NCBI GenBank assembly: GCA_040357565.1
Contig: JBDODJ010000040.1
Length of the DNA: 64,000 bases
Direction: 5' to 3' (one strand)
Source of the DNA: Cercozoa sp. M6MM
Taxonomy: Eukaryota; Protista; Endomyxa: Ascetosporea
Part shown: in pieces, positions 58,801-64,000 of the stretch
Layout: each line of letters begins with the position of its first letter
Numbering within the stretch: the first letter of the stretch is position 1
Made by a program: the position numbers and the translations under genes
Notes under the pieces: generated by a model
Databases searched by the model: none
What the model was told of the DNA's origin: nothing
The model's input: the letters and a program-made list of their open reading frames with translations, nothing else

Positions 58801-61800
58801 GGCCGTGCGGCCGGAGTTTGCGCTGGTGGTGGCGCGTCAGACAGGTACTTTGGTGTCTCCGCGGATGGGTATGGGTGTCCGCGCGGACACGCTGTTGCTG
58901 TAGCGACCGCGCGGAAGCTGCTGCAGCGGGCGGGTGGCTCGCTGGCGTTGTCGCAGTGGCAGTACGTGTGGCAACAGGAGACAGGGTCGCCCATGCACGT
59001 GCCCATCACGCGACTGTGCGCACGGCGGTACCTTTTGACTCAGTCAGTGAGTGACTCGGTGAGTGAGTGAGTCAGTGAGTGAGTCAGTGAGTGAGTTGAC
59101 ACGTGTGCGATCACTCACTGGACACGTGGTGGCAGGGGCGATCTGCTGTCCATCTACGTGAGTGCCATGCCGTTCGTCGAAGTGACAGGCGACACGGTCT
59201 CGCTCGTCGTCGGTCCGCACACGCGCAAGGACTTCCCGTTCGGCTTGGCCTTGTGTGTCGAGTTTTACCCCCCCCCCTCCGTTTACCCTCCCCTACCCCG
59301 TTACCCCTACCCTCTACCCCTACTCTATTACCCCCCCCCCTCTACCTCCAAACCCCCTTTACCCTCATCTTTACCCCCTCCTCCATCTTATCCCCCCATA
59401 TAGTCCAAAGTGTCCAAAATGGCAAGGCCTAGTGACAGAGTTCAGTCGCGACGGATGTTCGCTGCAGCTGCAGGTAGCCCCCTTTCCCCTGCCCCCTTAC
59501 CCCTTACCTCTTACCCCTTACTCCTTACCCCTTACCCCTACACCTTACCCCCTGCCCCCTTTACCCCCCTGTGATGTAGGCCGAGTTGGCCAAGTGCGTG
59601 TTTCGCGTGTTTGAGCACTTTGGCTCTCTGCGTGTGGAGCGCGACGTTTTCTTCGTATACCCCCTTTATCCCTTTGCCCTCTTTATCCCCTAACCCCCCC
59701 CCCCCCGACAGAGCACATACTACCACCTGCACGGCGGGCGACTGGAGGACGCGTGTGAACGCGTCTACGGACACCGCGACGTCGTGCGCGCGCTCTTGTT
59801 CGTGCGGCAGATTCGTACCCCCCTCTTTACCCCCTCTTTACCCCTCTCTTTCTTTACCCCTCTTTACCCCCCTCTTTGCTCCCCTCGTTACTCCCCTATT
59901 TACCCCTCTTTACCCCCCCTCTTTACCCCCCTGTTGCAGACGACATACTGGAGTGCGTGTGTGTGATGGACATTGCCACGGTGGAGCAGGTGCTGCGCCG
60001 GGCGCTTAGTGATGTAGTTTACCCCCCCCCCACCCCCACCCTCGCCTTTACTCCCCGTGTACGGACAGTATCCGAACGTGCGCGAGGATTTGCTGGACAG
60101 TGTTTTCTGCGCTTTGACCGGACGTTTCTTGTTCGCCGACTCGCCCTTCGAGCAGTGGTCGCTCGGCACGGTGGTTCGTTTGCCCCCCTGTTTACCCCCT
60201 TTACCGTCCGTCCTACCCCTCTCCTCTGTTTACCCCTGGACAGAGACACGACGTCGCGAGAGAGCTCGTGGAGAAAACGATAATTTTCGACGGTTTTTTC
60301 TTCTCCGAGCCGCTGCCGGTCAAGGTGTGCTGTTTTACCCCCTGCTTACCCCCCTGCTTACCCCTGCTGACCCCCCTGTTTACCCCCTTATCCCCGGTAG
60401 GAACTGCCGCAGCAGAAGCGACGCATGTTGCGTCGGCGACAGCACACGATGCGCTCGCTGCGCAGTGCGTGTTTCTCGGTGCTACTGTTGTGGCTACACC
60501 GACAGGGACAACCAGGACAGACTGGACCAGGACAGACTGGACCAGAACAGGGACAGACTGGACAAGCAACGTCGCAGATTCTCGCTCAACTGAAGCGTTT
60601 GTGTCTGCCCGACTTTAATCTAGTACTTTCTTTTCCCGGTGGGTGGGGGGGGGGGGGGGTAAAACTGGTCTGTGTCTGTGCAGGAGGCGTGTGGTTTCGA
60701 GAGGATGGAGACGCTATTGCAATGGACAGTGGGCGACATTGTCGACCCGTCGCAGGTGCTTTACCCCCTCCCCCGACCCCTCTCCTTTACCCCCCCCCCA
60801 TGTCAGGCACCAGAGCGGTGGCTGCTGCGACCGAACTGGCCACAGGTACTACTTGCCTCCTTACTCCCGCTGTCTACCCGCTGTTTTGCCCCCCCCCCCC
60901 CCCCGTTTAACCCTTCTTTCCCCTAGTGTCGCAAGCGAGGTGCAACGCCCCTGTACGCGTCGAAACAATGCGTGCTGTCGCTGGTACTGCCGGTGCTGCA
61001 GGCGCACTGGAGCATGCCTCTGTCGAGACAGCCGCAGAATGTACCCCCACCCTCTTTACCCCTTACGCCCTTTACCCTTACCCTCATACCCCCTACAGCA
61101 GCAGCAGCTCAGCGAGGACTGGCAGCGGCGACTGTCGCTGGCGCAGCTGCGTCACGTGCTGCGGCAACAGATCGCCGCGTTCGACGACGTTGCCGTCGAG
61201 TGCTTGAGCGACGCGGTTTTACCCCCCTCCCCCCACCCACCCCTTTTACCCCCCTCTTTACCCCCTCCTCTGAGTAGACGGTAGGCAAGTTGCTGGAGAG
61301 CGAGCTGAGCGACTTGAATCTGCGCGTGCATCGCACTGCACAGGGTCTCGTCTTTGTGCCGCTCGTTCCTGTAGCCTTCCCCCCTCTTTACCCTCCTCTT
61401 TACCCTCCTCTTTACCACCTCTTTACCCCCCTCTTTACCCTTCTATTTACCCCTGCCGCAGGAGGTGTCGGCGGAAGAGCTGTCGAAACGCGAGAGCTTC
61501 TTGCGGTGGCTGCTGGGCGAGGTGCGCGCCGCCGTGCTGCGACGCTTCGGAGTGCCGCTGCCGCTGGCGACGCTGGTGCAGCGACTGCAGGCGACGCCGC
61601 CCTTGGACAATGTTCCTGTACCAACACTGAACACATCTATTTATATATATATATATGTATATGCAGTATATATGTATGTATATATGTATGTATATGTATG
61701 TATATGTGTATGTATATGTATGTATGTCTATGTATATGTATGTATGTATGTACATGTATGTATATGTGTGTATGTTAATGTATGTATGTATATGTATGTA

Positions 61801-62094
61801 TGTATGTATGTATGTACATGTATGTATATGTGTGTATGTATATGTATGTATGTATATGTATGGATGTATGTATGTGTATGTATGTATATGTATGTATTTA
61901 TATGTATGTATGTATATGTATGTATGTATGTATGTATGTGTATGTATATGTGTATGTATCTGTATATGTCTCTATATATGTATCTATGTATATGTATCTA
62001 TGTATGTGTATCTATGTATATGTATCTATGTATATGTATGTATATGTATGTATTTGTATGTATGTATGTATATATATGTACGTACGAATGTTGT

Positions 62095-62132
<38 letters not shown>

Positions 62133-63986
62133 NNNNNNNNNNNNNNNNNNNNNNNNNNNNNNNNNNNNNNNNNNNNNNNNNNNNNNNNNNNNNNNNNNNN
62201 NNNNNNNNNNNNNNNNNNNNNNNNNNNNNNNNTTGACCCCCCCCCCCCCCGCGTGTGCACCCACAGTGGAACCGCATTGGTCGCGCGGGCGTTCCGGGCG
62301 GCTGGAACGAGTTCCTGCGGCATCACTGCGGCGCCTTCCTCCGCGTGGATGCGCAGGACGTCGTGCACGCCGTCGTACTGCCGCCGGCGTCCGCGCGGAA
62401 CTTTGCCGTCTCGCAACAGCAACAACAACAACAACAACAACAGCAACTGCAAAAACAACAGCAGTTTGAAAAACAACAACAACTGCAAAAACAACAGCAG
62501 TTGGAAAAACAACAGCAGTTGGAAAAACAACAACAACTGCAAAAACAACAACAGTTGGAAAAACAACAACAACTGCAAAAACAACAACAATTGCAAAAAC
62601 AACAACAACTGCAAAAGCAACAACAACAGTTGGAAAAACAACAAATAGCGGCGTCGGTCAAGAAGAAAACCGGCGGCAAAAAAACGCACAAGAAACGCGT
62701 TTTTAAGGACGTCACCGAAGTGCAGGATCTCTTCGTCAGCGACGACGATGTGGTGCGTTTACACCTCCTACCTCCCTTTACCTCTCACCCTCTTCTTTAC
62801 CCACCCCTTCAGGAGACACGGGCCTTGTCGCGCAACTCGGGCGGTCCCGAGTGTGGCCGCTTCGCCGCGCAGTCGCTCTTCAGTCTGCCGCGTAGGCTTG
62901 TCCCCCCTTTACCCCCACCCTTTTCCCTTTACCTCCTTCCGTAGCACTGGCGTCTTCGGTGTCGTCGTCACAGTCGTCGTCGCCGTCGCCGTCGTCGCTG
63001 GCGCAGCAGATGCGTCGTCCCAAAAGTGCCGTCTCGGACGCATCGACGACGCCCGAGCCTGCTGCCTCGCGTATGCGCACATTTTCTCGGAGGGTAGTGG
63101 GGGATGTAGTGGGGTAAAGGAGGTACGCGTGTAGAGAACAAGCCGGCAGCGCAGGTAGTGTCGGTACAGAGTGCCGTCTACGAGACTCATCATGACACCA
63201 TCGACACCGACGACGACGAATACGACATGCTACTGCAGCGACTGTCGGCACAGCAACGGGTATCTTACCCCCTCCCCACCCCTCCCTTTGCTACCCCTGT
63301 CTTACCCATCCGTAGGCACAAGTACTCGACATGAACAAGACGGCAGGCAAAGCGTGGCATCACAACGTCGTTGGCATCACTGTCGGTGGCAGTTCCGACC
63401 TGCATCCCAAGCTGCAGGTAGTCGTCGCGCCCTCACATCTACCTTTATCCCCTTACCCCCCCCCCCCTGGAGTAGGAGTGGATCTCACGCGTGACAGCTG
63501 GCGACTCGGTGGTGCCGAGCAAGCAGGTCGTGCGTGGCGACCCGTCCAAGCAGCACTACGTGACGCTGCTGCAGCACGCCATGTGCATGTGTCGTGGCCG
63601 TGGTAAACCCGTGCCGCCCTCTGTCGCGCAGGCACCCAGTAGCAGCGTACCCTTTCTTGACATACCCATGTACACGTTTTCATTTACGTGTACACCTATA
63701 CAGCGGCAAAGCCACCTGTCGAGCCTCATAAAATACCCACTGCCAACCTGGGTGGTGCCCATCCTCGAGCAGAAGCAGCAGTGCGCGCGCCTTTGGACGC
63801 ATGTGGCCGCGCCGTGTGGCCATCTGTTCGCCGAGCCGTGGTACAACACTCTATCTCTCTTGTGGGGGGGTATTATCGCTCTCGGCATGACTATCTGTGT
63901 GTGTCTGCAGTCTGGAGAACATGAATAACGAGTGTCCCCACTGCGGCTGCAAGGTCAGCACGGCGCTGCCCCTGCATTTGAACTAG
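55803..63986 (+). CDS. Large multi-exon protein with several LOTUS/OST-HTH-like units, a Q-rich repeat and a degenerate C-terminal RING
   Basis: More than 30 spliceable exons; winged-helix-like units such as KLLQRAGGSLALSQWQYVWQQETGSPM..LLSIYVSAMPFVEV; ends THVAAPCGHLFAEPC..CPHC..LHLN*. Confidence 0.55.
61640..62132. repeat. Compound (TATG/TA/TG)n microsatellite plus poly-G, intronic, next to a gap
   Basis: Direct reading. Confidence 0.95.
62413..62645 (+). repeat. Coding 18-nt repeat, (LQKQQQ/LEKQQQ)n
   Basis: In frame within ORF 62255-62944. Confidence 0.85.
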
Positions 63987-64000
63987 TAGTGAACCCAGGC

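Noticed and set aside
56240-61460. TTTACCC arrays as telomeric repeats
   Set aside because: The reverse complement is GGGTAAA, not TTAGGG or TTTAGGG; the arrays are degenerate and lie within introns.

Overview
Gene-dense, intron-rich eukaryotic DNA, probably from a unicellular protist; the lineage cannot be fixed from sequence alone. I spliced exons by hand at GT-AG boundaries, so internal exon limits are approximate. About 17 genes, mostly head-to-head or tail-to-tail: a partial secreted protein, Sec24, a PAQR, a UFD1/Zn-finger/UIM protein, an unknown beta-rich protein, ORC3, an arginyl-tRNA synthetase, a hypothetical protein, a highly divergent myosin, adenylate kinase, an SMG1-like PIKK, an RBR E3 ligase, a partial kinase, a partial membrane protein, an Mx-like dynamin, an SNM1/Pso2 nuclease and a large LOTUS-like/RING protein. 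There is also a 5'-truncated non-LTR retroelement remnant and possibly a second, older one. Most striking: (1) a myosin whose P-loop, switch I and switch II are all degenerate and which ends in a transmembrane anchor; (2) unusual introns, with pyrimidine-rich GTAY donors and arrays of a branch-point-like TTTACCC motif; (3) an ArgRS with a tRNA-binding OB fold inserted in its catalytic domain and a probable dual-targeting leader; (4) a multi-LOTUS plus RING protein. Most ORFs in the supplied track are microsatellite or antisense artefacts.
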